Source of the DNA: an uncultured virus (IMG/VR IMGVR_UViG_3300025141_012032)
Lineage: Duplodnaviria; Heunggongvirae; Uroviricota; Caudoviricetes
Length of the DNA stretch: 20,000 nucleotides
IMG/VR virus record: IMGVR_UViG_3300025141_012032
Strand: one strand, 5' to 3'
Shown here: one piece after another, positions 8,999 to 18,162 of the stretch
Position numbering within the stretch: the stretch's first letter is position 1
Layout of the letters: each line of letters starts with the position of its first letter
Made by a program: the position numbers and the translations under genes
The notes under the pieces: generated by a model
The model's database searches: none
What the model was told of the DNA's origin: nothing
Seen by the model: only the letters and a program-made list of their open reading frames with translations

Positions 8999-11683
8999 AT
9001 GATTGAAGTAATTGATTCAAAGTATATAAATAGATCATTGATATCGGGTTCTGGTGATTCATTGCGCGCAGCGCTAGAACAATCTTGGGAAGTTGTTGAA
9101 AATGAGGTCACTGGAGATACGAAGTTGGAATTTAATGGAAATACTGATTTTGCTGACTGGCCAATGATTTATTTTGTTGGTGAAATCCAGGAAAATACAG
9201 ACTTGAGAACCGAAATTAATGAGCTTGCGGTCAATCCAAACTTTTTAATGCCAATCAGACTTATTGGCAATCCAGATTATATTGTAGATGACATATACTG
9301 GAGAGCGAGAGTTTATGGAGGTGTTCATTCGACTTCTTCATATGAAGGAATCTACAATGACTATGTTCATCATGATCTATATCATGAGGATACAAGAACT
9401 TATAATGCATATAGCGCATCTATAATGTCTCAATACGATAGTCTCGGATTCATAACTACTGACGTCACGCCATCATACAATTTTTTTATCCCTGAATATC
9501 AAGCCTACATATCGGAAGCTTATGAACCAATGCTTCCAAATTTATATATATATGACGTGGTTGCAAATTCTTCAATTGATGATGTGGGAGATAATGTGGC
9601 ACCTGAAATTTTGTTTTTAATGACTCAGGGTGGTTATGTTGAAGAAAATATAGGCCTTAGTGATATTACTAATATCTTGTCGCCGACAATAGGATCATCA
9701 CTCCCGCCAGTAGAATCTCTATATAATGGCAAGGATGTCGACGGAGATGGTTCAGACGATATAATGGTTGATCGCAATGAAACGTTTCGCAGGTATTTAA
9801 GCGCATCTTATGTACGCACATCCCGCTCAGATCCCACAAATATAGCGGCAGCAACAATGCAAACGAACATGTTCTTTGATGATGAAGCAGCCGTTGAGTA
9901 TTTAACGGCAAATTCGTCAATTAATAGAATAAAAAGTTTGTTTCCGATGTCAGTATCGATTAAAATCCCCACCGCTCATGATGTCCCTGCAGGATATGAA
10001 TCTTCGCAATACAATACGTTTAGAGATATTATAAAAGATGCAGGTAGCGTGCAAATTATTTTAGCACAATTGAGACAAACTTTCGACACCGAAGGGGGTA
10101 CCGGACTAACCACTGGAGTTATTAAGCAAGAGTATTTTATAGCAGATCCTGAAGCTGAGACATTAAAAGCCGTAAAAGATAGTACTGGTCAATCATATAA
10201 AACCATTGATTTAAATCAATTTTTCTTGGGCTTGGCAGACAGGTACGCTTATCCTGGTCGAAGCTGCTTTGTTGGTATACCAAACTTCAAAAGAATAGCG
10301 GCGATAAATGATAAGTCATATTTTCGTTTTTATAACCATAAAAGCGTGATGACCACTATACTAAATCACACACGCCACATGCATGATACATATAACGCCG
10401 AAAAATTCGAAACTTTACAAGATTTTTTAGATCAAGCAGAGGTTTCTAAATATCACGAAACGATAGCTTACAAAATAGTAAAAGAGATCGCCGCCACCGG
10501 CCGGCAAGTCCAGACGTTCTGGATTTATAATGATCCAGAATTAGGAAATAGTATAAATTTTACAGATACGCAAGTCAAATATTCGATGAACTATCGATAC
10601 AAAATTTATCAATACAAAATAGTAGTTGGATATAGATATAAATATTCCAATCTTGTAGTAACTAGAAGATTTGCAGATCAAGTGTTAGATGACGACGGTA
10701 CCACCAAATATTGTCTTGAGTTTTATGATCCTGCAGGTCGAAATACTTCCGATCAGTTATTAGAGACTTCGGATGAGCTATCTGCGGAAAATCAATTTAT
10801 AGACAATAATTATCAGATAACTGATGAAAATAGATATTTAGCCGATTTTAGATTAAATTGGGAACCTTATCCGACTATTATAGAAAAATTAATTGATTCA
10901 AAAGAAGTGATGTTGCTGGATAATCCCTCACATGCCGTAAATGTTTCCCCGTATCAGCTTACAGATAATCAAAAAGTAGTAGCCTTCGATGTTAAAGTAA
11001 AAGCTTTTCAAAAAACAGAAATCCCAATCGCTCTAGGCCCGGCAGAAGTGGCGCGCGCCAATAGATATAAAACGTCTTATAATATGGTTGAAGGAAGTTC
11101 TGTCAGCTTTGCTAGTAGATCTAACGTGAGCATTATACAAATGTTTAGGTTGTTGCAGAGGCCTAGACATTTATCTGATTTTGGGCCGGTGCCATATAAA
11201 GAATATAATTTAGTAATTCCGGAACCTGATATGCCGGGTGGTCATTTCTCGATGGCTCAATGTTACGATAGATTGGCTATTAATAAAAAATATTATTATG
11301 CATTTAGAAGTGTCAACTTTAATTCTGCTGCTGGGTCGCTGAGCGAAATTTATGAGGTTGAATTGAAAACAGATGGCCAACACACATATGCAACTTTTAA
11401 TACTCTATCTGAATCGGATCTTGAGAAAGACAGAACATATATAGAGCCTTCTATGGCTATGAAAAAGCTTTTTATGCTTATGCCTTCTGTTGCTCAAATG
11501 CAACTTAACACTAGCGATGTTAATTTCGCCGAGCCTGCACATACTCAGATTGAAGATCTGCATGTTGGTAGTGCCAACTTAGAAGATCCGATATGGAATA
11601 AGGAATTTAAATTCAGACTTACATCAAAGAAAACTGGTAAAAAAATTGATTTAAATATTACTTATAAGGTAGAGAGCGAATAA
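8999..11683 (+). CDS. Large putative virion structural protein
   Basis: 894-aa ORF in the structural cluster. It has beta-rich segments (FTDTQVKYSMNYRYKIY; KKYYYAFRSVN), a DVDGDGSDD loop and a C-terminal FKFRLTSKKTGKKIDLNITY. Confidence 0.75.
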   Translation: MIEVIDSKYINRSLISGSGDSLRAALEQSWEVVENEVTGDTKLEFNGNTDFADWPMIYFVGEIQENTDLRTEINELAVNPNFLMPIRLIGNPDYIVDDIYWRARVYGGVHSTSSYEGIYNDYVHHDLYHEDTRTYNAYSASIMSQYDSLGFITTDVTPSYNFFIPEYQAYISEAYEPMLPNLYIYDVVANSSIDDVGDNVAPEILFLMTQGGYVEENIGLSDITNILSPTIGSSLPPVESLYNGKDVDGDGSDDIMVDRNETFRRYLSASYVRTSRSDPTNIAAATMQTNMFFDDEAAVEYLTANSSINRIKSLFPMSVSIKIPTAHDVPAGYESSQYNTFRDIIKDAGSVQIILAQLRQTFDTEGGTGLTTGVIKQEYFIADPEAETLKAVKDSTGQSYKTIDLNQFFLGLADRYAYPGRSCFVGIPNFKRIAAINDKSYFRFYNHKSVMTTILNHTRHMHDTYNAEKFETLQDFLDQAEVSKYHETIAYKIVKEIAATGRQVQTFWIYNDPELGNSINFTDTQVKYSMNYRYKIYQYKIVVGYRYKYSNLVVTRRFADQVLDDDGTTKYCLEFYDPAGRNTSDQLLETSDELSAENQFIDNNYQITDENRYLADFRLNWEPYPTIIEKLIDSKEVMLLDNPSHAVNVSPYQLTDNQKVVAFDVKVKAFQKTEIPIALGPAEVARANRYKTSYNMVEGSSVSFASRSNVSIIQMFRLLQRPRHLSDFGPVPYKEYNLVIPEPDMPGGHFSMAQCYDRLAINKKYYYAFRSVNFNSAAGSLSEIYEVELKTDGQHTYATFNTLSESDLEKDRTYIEPSMAMKKLFMLMPSVAQMQLNTSDVNFAEPAHTQIEDLHVGSANLEDPIWNKEFKFRLTSKKTGKKIDLNITYKVESE

Positions 11684-11696
11684 ACCAAAATTACTA

Positions 11697-11710
11697 ACTA
11701 TTTATAGGAG
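11697..11710 (+). promoter_or_regulatory. ACTATTTATA motif (putative late promoter) plus RBS
   Basis: Intergenic ACTATTTATAGGAG upstream of ATG 11723. Confidence 0.55.
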
Positions 11711-11722
11711 AGAGAAAATTAA

Positions 11723-12718
11723 ATGGCTTTTTTAGATAACTCAGGCGACATAATCCTTGACGCCGTATTAACAAATCTTGGAAGAAAGAGATTAGCACAG
11801 GGAAGTTTTACAATTTCTAAGTTCGCTCTTGGTGACGATGAGATTGATTATGGTCTTTTTAACAGAGACCATCCCAGTGGTTCGGCATATTTTGATTTGG
11901 AAATCATGCAGACACCGGTATTGGAAGCTTTTACCAGCACCAATGCAAACATTAATTATGGCCTTACTTCACACACAAGAACAGATTTGTTATATTTACC
12001 TGTTTTGAAACCCAATCATCAAGTAAGCAACAATGGTGCACCCACCGGTAGTGTGTATTATTTGGCTGCCAATTCTGAAACAGCCAATAAATTAAGAACT
12101 TATCATAGTTCTTCTAAATATGTTTTGGAACAGAATCAGCCAGCAGATACAATGATTTTTGTTGAATCCGGTCTTGATACTACAAATTTGGTAGGAGATG
12201 CTAGTAATCGTTCTAGTTATATTGTCAACATGAACTTGCTTGATAGTGTTTATAATGTTTACGCCGATGGTCGGTTTATAGCTGGTCTTATGGCTCCTAG
12301 GGCCTCGGCTTATTTTAGGAACACGTCAGCTGGCTCAGCAGATATTAATATGTCGCCATTACGTAGAGTTAATGCCACTTCGGCCACTCCGGTATTGGAA
12401 AATTATAGAACTTATAATGCTGCCGGAATTACCAACGCGGTTACTTATAATTCTACTATAGCTGCAACCACCATTTCGGTCATCGCCGGCCCTCGCGGAA
12501 CGGTAACATCAATGAATTTTGTTGTAGATAATCAACTGGCCGCAACTTCTGGGGGCGCCCGCTCAATTAAATACGATAAATATGGATTTTATAATAAAGC
12601 ATTATTCGGCGGTAGCGATTTGTTTGATTACATTGATACCACGGTGTACGTTGAGGGAGGAGTTTCCTCTGGCCGCATTCAGCTGCCACTTAGAATAGTC
12701 AGATACGCAGGCACATAG
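11723..12718 (+). CDS. Putative baseplate/tail-associated structural protein
   Basis: 331 aa. The N-terminal VLTNLGRKRLAQGSFTISKFALGDDEIDY resembles the LTxxG…FAxGD pattern at the start of phage tail-collar/fibre (DUF3751-like) domains, recognised by eye. Confidence 0.7.
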   Translation: MAFLDNSGDIILDAVLTNLGRKRLAQGSFTISKFALGDDEIDYGLFNRDHPSGSAYFDLEIMQTPVLEAFTSTNANINYGLTSHTRTDLLYLPVLKPNHQVSNNGAPTGSVYYLAANSETANKLRTYHSSSKYVLEQNQPADTMIFVESGLDTTNLVGDASNRSSYIVNMNLLDSVYNVYADGRFIAGLMAPRASAYFRNTSAGSADINMSPLRRVNATSATPVLENYRTYNAAGITNAVTYNSTIAATTISVIAGPRGTVTSMNFVVDNQLAATSGGARSIKYDKYGFYNKALFGGSDLFDYIDTTVYVEGGVSSGRIQLPLRIVRYAGT

Positions 12719-12733
12719 AAACGGAGAATATAA

Positions 12734-13885
12734 ATGCCAGTAATTAATTACGAATTGATAGACACCAATACGGATGTCACCACAACTAGAACGCTTCTTC
12801 ATGAGTCGATTCCTCTTACGGGCGCGATTATAAGTGGTGGTGCCGGCGATGGTGCATTAGCAACTTATAATAACGAGAATATTAAGAACTATACACATGG
12901 TATGTTTCAGTCAGTATATGATTATCCATATCTAAGTTCTTCGTCGAATCACATATTTGACCTTGCGATTGGATATGATGAGAGTTCTGCTTATTCAAGC
13001 TCTGCCGCTACACAGAATAGTAAAAAGATCAATATCTATAATCAGTTTGCCCAGGTACTTTTAGGGTATACTGGTTCTGATAAGACAGTTAGATTGTTTG
13101 AAAGTGATTTAACACTGGACAACACCGGCTCTATGAAGTCGGTCTTCTTCCTTACTTTCTCTCGACTTCTTGTTAAGGATCAGATTAAGAAGGGCTCCTT
13201 TAGCATGCAAATTGGTACTGGTTCCTGGGGCCAGCCGTTCATTACGGCGAGTGGTCACCCACAAACCGAGATGTTAAAGCTATCAGATGTCTCCTCATCG
13301 GCGACCCAAGGCACAACAAATGTTAATGGTGGTGATTATGGTATTCTTTACGATACAACCGCCAGCATTACAAGCCGCGGCCTCGGGGTGATTTTCTATC
13401 AGGCCGGCGTCGTGGTGGTTACTTCGTCTGTTTTTGACGATATGGCTGCTGAAAATGCACATCATCCAGGAATTTCACCTGCAGGAACACATGGTCATTA
13501 TTTCTTAAGCGGATCTCCAGAAGATGGTGAGCCTCATGTAAGAAGTATTTCGGGTGCATTTACCGGCTCTGTAATCTCTGCATCGTGTGATGCGCTTAGA
13601 CACAGAATTTATAACATATCTTTTAACAACACAACTGAAATAAACTCAACAATTTACTTCTGTAGGGTTCCACATAACAAATACAACTATAGCTCTAACC
13701 CCACGTATGTGTCGTCTAGTAAGATAGTGGTCAAGGATGTTGCTAGTGACGAGCCTGTTTCGTACATCACAACTATTGGCTTGTATAACTCGTCAAACGA
13801 GCTACTGGCAACAGCAAAACTTTCAGAGCCTCTGAAGAAGACTCCTACAAATGAGATGACATTACGCGTTAGACTAGACTACTAA
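12734..13885 (+). CDS. Putative baseplate/tail structural protein (paralog of 13894..15297)
   Basis: 383 aa with a GGAG RBS. C-terminus NYSSNPTY…YITTIGLYNSSNELLATAKLSEPLKK…RLDY. Confidence 0.75.
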   Translation: MPVINYELIDTNTDVTTTRTLLHESIPLTGAIISGGAGDGALATYNNENIKNYTHGMFQSVYDYPYLSSSSNHIFDLAIGYDESSAYSSSAATQNSKKINIYNQFAQVLLGYTGSDKTVRLFESDLTLDNTGSMKSVFFLTFSRLLVKDQIKKGSFSMQIGTGSWGQPFITASGHPQTEMLKLSDVSSSATQGTTNVNGGDYGILYDTTASITSRGLGVIFYQAGVVVVTSSVFDDMAAENAHHPGISPAGTHGHYFLSGSPEDGEPHVRSISGAFTGSVISASCDALRHRIYNISFNNTTEINSTIYFCRVPHNKYNYSSNPTYVSSSKIVVKDVASDEPVSYITTIGLYNSSNELLATAKLSEPLKKTPTNEMTLRVRLDY

Positions 13886-13893
13886 GCGAAAAA

Positions 13894-15297
13894 ATGTCAA
13901 TAAGAAAATTCAGGCCACAAGATATACTCTTAAATACAATGAAAGCTCACCCTCGTTGTGAGTTTTTCATTTTTGATGGCAAGGTGTATTATAACAATGT
14001 TCCAGAGCACTCTGGCGCATTTAGTGCAAATGTTGTAACGCGTCCTGGTTTTATTAGTTTATATGAATATAACATAGATAAAGCTGATTCTACCGCCGGC
14101 GCAGATTCTTATAATGATTTCATCACGCCATTTATTTCAAAAAACAGCTCCGGCGGAAGCTTTAAAACCGTAGCAGATGCGTCAGCAAATAATGAATGGA
14201 CGGTGGCTGAAGTTGGCGATCAACTAAACGGCACATACCCTATGACAGCTTCTATAACTCGTGAGTTTTTAGAGGGTACATCTGAAGGTCTTTTAGATCC
14301 CATATATGATGAAACGGAGTCAGATAATCAAAAAATAACAGCCGTAGGAGATCCAGGAAGCCCCAGAGGCGAATCAGATATTGATGCAAATATTGGAGAG
14401 GACGCAAGACTTGTTCCTATTAATAGACATTATTGGGCATTAAGAAATAGATTAAATTTTTATGGCACAAGAAGCCCCCACTATAAAGTTACAGGCTCAT
14501 TATTAACCAATACGGCCGATCCAGATGCACATTATACATATTACGAATGGATTAAAGATTATCAAGATATGAACTTGATATCTATACCTTCAATCTTTTA
14601 TGGAAATCGTATCAAGCCGGGCAGCGTATCTCTTAAGTGGTATTATACAGGCTCTATGTGTGGAGAGTTAAGAGACATCAAGAGAAACGGAGAGCTAATT
14701 CAAGTTTCTGGCGGAGTGCATGCATCTGCACATAATGATAAGGTTGCGGGGGTAATACTATATGAAGAAGGTTTTGTACTTTTAACTGGCTCTTGGGACC
14801 TGATGCCCAACCATGGAATGTGCTTGAAAAAGATGAGTGCATCAGTTGACCCAGCCTGGATCTATTTCGGCGCCGGCGCACAAGATGGTGTATCTTCCGG
14901 TAATGATTCTGCTGGCGCTTCCCGTGCTAGCTATGTGTCGTGCTCGTTTGATATGTCATTTGAGGGCGAAACGGAGACACAAGTTATGACGATGCTTACA
15001 CACGCAAGAAAAGGGCAGGTAAATTATTCTACTAATCCTACTTTCTTAATGTATGGTCAGAGAAAGTTAAAACTTACTTCTTCGCACATTTATGAAGAAA
15101 GCCCACTAAGACTTATAGCAAATGTTGCCACATCTAGTTTCGCAAATCATTCCGCTTCTTTTAAGAGACAAGTATATATATCCCGAGTGGCAATCTATGA
15201 CGAAACTAAGAAATTAATTGGAATCGCCACTCTCGCTGACCCTGTGCTAAAAGAGGAAGATCAAGATTATACGTTTAAATTGCGACTCGACATATAG
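13894..15297 (+). CDS. Putative baseplate/tail structural protein (paralog of 12734..13885)
   Basis: 467 aa. Blocks shared with the upstream gene: IKPGSVSL/IKKGSFSM, GVILYEEG/GVIFYQAG, NYSTNPT/NYSSNPT and the terminal YI…IY…L…A.L..P..K…RLD. Confidence 0.75.
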   Translation: MSIRKFRPQDILLNTMKAHPRCEFFIFDGKVYYNNVPEHSGAFSANVVTRPGFISLYEYNIDKADSTAGADSYNDFITPFISKNSSGGSFKTVADASANNEWTVAEVGDQLNGTYPMTASITREFLEGTSEGLLDPIYDETESDNQKITAVGDPGSPRGESDIDANIGEDARLVPINRHYWALRNRLNFYGTRSPHYKVTGSLLTNTADPDAHYTYYEWIKDYQDMNLISIPSIFYGNRIKPGSVSLKWYYTGSMCGELRDIKRNGELIQVSGGVHASAHNDKVAGVILYEEGFVLLTGSWDLMPNHGMCLKKMSASVDPAWIYFGAGAQDGVSSGNDSAGASRASYVSCSFDMSFEGETETQVMTMLTHARKGQVNYSTNPTFLMYGQRKLKLTSSHIYEESPLRLIANVATSSFANHSASFKRQVYISRVAIYDETKKLIGIATLADPVLKEEDQDYTFKLRLDI

Positions 15298-15303
15298 TAT
15301 AAT
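15274..15303 (+). promoter_or_regulatory. Possible sigma70-type promoter for the methyltransferase-resolvase-primase block
   Basis: Perfect TATAAT at 15298-15303, immediately after the structural gene's stop. The -35 is weak (TTTAAA at 15274-15279, 18-nt spacer). Confidence 0.4.
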
Positions 15304-15328
15304 ATAACAACATCAAACAGGAGTAACG

Positions 15329-16660
15329 ATGAAAGGCAGCGAAAGTCCCTCCCCTGGGGCATTAGATGATGATCATATATTAGAAGAGGCAAGGTCTTGC
15401 TTTTTAAAAATTTTAGAATCAAACGACTATAAAGATCAGGAATGTGGTGGTGCTACTGGCGCCATATGGCAAGAAAATATAAAATCACATTTAGACATAA
15501 TAGTAAGAACAGCGCCAAGTTTACGACAAATGTTCGATTATTTAAATAGGCATGCCTTTTATGATATAAATTTCGGCTCAAGACGCTTGCTTGAGAAAGC
15601 GACAGCTTGGCGCCACGAAAAATTCTTTAAATCAGTTCCAAATGCTTCGCCTTCTTTAATTTCGGAATCTACATTAATTTCTGAAGATCGACTATTTCAT
15701 ATCGATCAACATGTTGTATCATCGGATTTAATATGGCGTTTGTCAATTTTACAACGTTTGACTAAGAAAATAGATTTTCCTAAAGAAACTTTCTCTATAT
15801 TAGAGATTGGTGGAGGTTACGGATCTTTAGCTAGGACAATAAACACGATACATACGAACTGCAAATATATTATGATAGATCTTCCACACTCCTTAGTATT
15901 TCAGTATTGCTATTTAAAGAATTCGTTTCCAAACAAGAAACATGTGTTTGTTACGAATCCTGACGAAGTTGTTCCTAAAGATGCAGATTTTGTATATATT
16001 CCTCATAAGTGGAGTCGTTTGCTGAATAGCGAGGAAATATTTTTGACTATCAATACAAATTCTTTTGGCGAGATGCCTTCCTCAGAAAGCTTAAGATATA
16101 TTGATTTTATACAAAGCACAATAAAAACAGAATATTTATTTTCATTAAATCGCTTTCTAAATCGAATAAACAATTCAGATACCTCGCGTCACTCATGCCT
16201 AGGCTATGCGTTTGAATTTGATAAAAAATGGGATATTGTTGATTGGGAAATAGATCCGGATTACGAGCGGTGCCCGATCCTTGCGTCGTTACTCAGTCGT
16301 AATCTCCATATGATACTTCGACGTAGAGAGCATAATTGTGAATTTGATCATAGTAAGGTTGCAGAGTTGTTGTATGAAGATTGGAATACGAGATTATTCT
16401 GGAAGAGCTATGAATTAATGTCTGGCGGCAGATTGGGACTTGAGTTTCCTGCCCCTATGACAAGAGCAGATAGAGAACTAACGCCTGATTTAACTACGAC
16501 CGGAACACTATTTTGTTTATGGGATGCATATCGATTATCGCGAGATTCCTTAAAGAAGCCTTTAGCCACAGCCATAGTGGAATATTTATCATACCTGTCG
16601 TGCTCTGAAAGACAATTCGAAGAAGTGTTATATTTAAATACTATTGCAAGTGAAGAATAG
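15329..16660 (+). CDS. Class I SAM-dependent methyltransferase, putative sugar O-methyltransferase family
   Basis: AGGAG RBS. SAM motif I ILEIGGGYGSLA is followed by YIMIDLPHSLVFQYCYL and INTNSFGEM, a pattern typical of TIGR04371-type putative sugar O-methyltransferases. Confidence 0.75.
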   Translation: MKGSESPSPGALDDDHILEEARSCFLKILESNDYKDQECGGATGAIWQENIKSHLDIIVRTAPSLRQMFDYLNRHAFYDINFGSRRLLEKATAWRHEKFFKSVPNASPSLISESTLISEDRLFHIDQHVVSSDLIWRLSILQRLTKKIDFPKETFSILEIGGGYGSLARTINTIHTNCKYIMIDLPHSLVFQYCYLKNSFPNKKHVFVTNPDEVVPKDADFVYIPHKWSRLLNSEEIFLTINTNSFGEMPSSESLRYIDFIQSTIKTEYLFSLNRFLNRINNSDTSRHSCLGYAFEFDKKWDIVDWEIDPDYERCPILASLLSRNLHMILRRREHNCEFDHSKVAELLYEDWNTRLFWKSYELMSGGRLGLEFPAPMTRADRELTPDLTTTGTLFCLWDAYRLSRDSLKKPLATAIVEYLSYLSCSERQFEEVLYLNTIASEE

Positions 16661-16664
16661 TAAA

Positions 16665-17249
16665 ATGATACTTGGAATAGATGTATCCACCAGCATAACT
16701 GGCTTTGCGGTTGTCGCAGAGGGCGAAATCGTTTTTTATGATTCGGTTGACTTGCGTAAATATAAAAACTTATTTGAGAAAGCAGAAAGAATAAAAGAAG
16801 CGTTATTTAAGTTGATGGACAACTACCAATATGAAAGAGAAGAGCATTGGCTAGCCGACGATCAAGATAAAGAAAACAAGATAAACCACATCTATATCGA
16901 GCAGTCTCTTCATATGTTCATGGGTGGAAAGTCTTCAGCAAAAACCCTCTCAACTCTCACTCGCTTTAATGGCATCGTTTCGTGGCTTGCTTATGAGATG
17001 TTTGAAATGGAGCCGAAATATATCGCCGCCACCTCTGCACGCAAGCAAGCCGGCATTAAAGTTCCGAGAGGACAAAAAGCAAAACAAGTTGTTTTACAAC
17101 ATTTGCTTGACAACGAGCCTGCTTTCAAGGTAGAATATACAAAGCACGGAAATCCGAAACCTGAGTCGTATGATCGTGCGGACGCAATTGTTGTAGCAAA
17201 AGCTGGGTGGGCGATTGAACAAAGTAGCAGCGAAGAAGATACTGAATGA
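16665..17249 (+). CDS. ruvC: RuvC-like Holliday junction resolvase
   Basis: RNase H-fold motifs MILGIDVSTSITG, IYIEQ and YDRADA supply the D/E/D/D catalytic residues. ATG 16665 is preferred over TTG 16644 because the RuvC motif normally begins at the N-terminus. Confidence 0.85.
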   Translation: MILGIDVSTSITGFAVVAEGEIVFYDSVDLRKYKNLFEKAERIKEALFKLMDNYQYEREEHWLADDQDKENKINHIYIEQSLHMFMGGKSSAKTLSTLTRFNGIVSWLAYEMFEMEPKYIAATSARKQAGIKVPRGQKAKQVVLQHLLDNEPAFKVEYTKHGNPKPESYDRADAIVVAKAGWAIEQSSSEEDTE

Positions 17250-18153
17250 GACTCTAGGTCGAGGGCGAGATCATGGTTCGGAAATTCTTTTTAAATGCCC
17301 GAAGTGCAATCACCACAAATCTAAGCTTTCTGTTAACATTGATAAAAATGTATTTAAGTGTTGGATTTGTGATTATCGCGGCCGCTCTATTAGGCGTGTT
17401 ATTAGGTCTTTTGGTTCCTATACTCAACTACAGAAATGGGACGCGATATTCGGCAGGGAAGATCTGGAAAGATTTGATGATCTCTTTGCTGAGAGAGGCG
17501 TGGAGAGAAACGATCAGACAGTCGACTTACCGGAAGAATTCATAAGTCTCTGCCATGATAACATACCAAAGACTGGTTTATATGCGCGCAACTATTTGAA
17601 ATCGCGCGACATCACAGACGAACAGATTCTAAAATGGAAGATTGGGTACTGCTTCAGCGGCGAATACCGCAATAGAATTGTTGTGCCTTCTTTCAATGAT
17701 GATGGAAATGTTAGCTATTTTGTGGCAAGAAGTTACAATGGTGATACTTACAAATACAAGAATCCGCGCGCCTCCAAAAATATCGTGTTTAACGAACTAT
17801 ATGTTAATTGGAACGAAGACCTGATTCTTGTAGAGGGGGTATTCGATGCAATCAACGCAGGAAATTCTGTCCCAATATTGGGTTCGACGCTACGCACTGA
17901 TTCTTCGCTCATCAAAAAAATTGTTTACAACGACACACCAGTCTACGTCGCACTTGATCCTGATGCAGCAGAAAAAGAACGAAAAGTAATCAAGACACTT
18001 TTGAAGTATGACGTGGAATTGTACAAGATAAATGTAAGCGGCTACGAAGATGTGGGCTCTATGTCAAAAGATGTGTTTGAGCAAAGAAAACAAAACGCCA
18101 CCTTTATCGATAGAGACAACTATTTATTGTTAGATTTACTATCGGCTGTATAG
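17215..18153 (+). CDS. dnaG: Phage DNA primase (Zn finger plus TOPRIM)
   Basis: TTG start. C-x2-C-x17-C-x2-C zinc ribbon (CPKC…CWIC), NRIVVP…FVARS…KYKN, and TOPRIM motifs LVEGVFDA and ALDPDAA. Confidence 0.9.
   Translation: MNKVAAKKILNETLGRGRDHGSEILFKCPKCNHHKSKLSVNIDKNVFKCWICDYRGRSIRRVIRSFGSYTQLQKWDAIFGREDLERFDDLFAERGVERNDQTVDLPEEFISLCHDNIPKTGLYARNYLKSRDITDEQILKWKIGYCFSGEYRNRIVVPSFNDDGNVSYFVARSYNGDTYKYKNPRASKNIVFNELYVNWNEDLILVEGVFDAINAGNSVPILGSTLRTDSSLIKKIVYNDTPVYVALDPDAAEKERKVIKTLLKYDVELYKINVSGYEDVGSMSKDVFEQRKQNATFIDRDNYLLLDLLSAV
18118..18127 (+). promoter_or_regulatory. AACTATTTAT motif (putative late promoter) inside the primase 3' end
   Basis: Identical to AACTATTTAT at 11696-11705 and about 35 nt upstream of ATG 18163. 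Confidence 0.45.
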
Positions 18154-18162
18154 GAGAACATA

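Noticed and set aside
16644..16664. TTG start for the resolvase given by the ORF track
   Set aside because: It overlaps the methyltransferase. ATG 16665 puts the ILGID motif at the N-terminus, as is usual for RuvC-like proteins.
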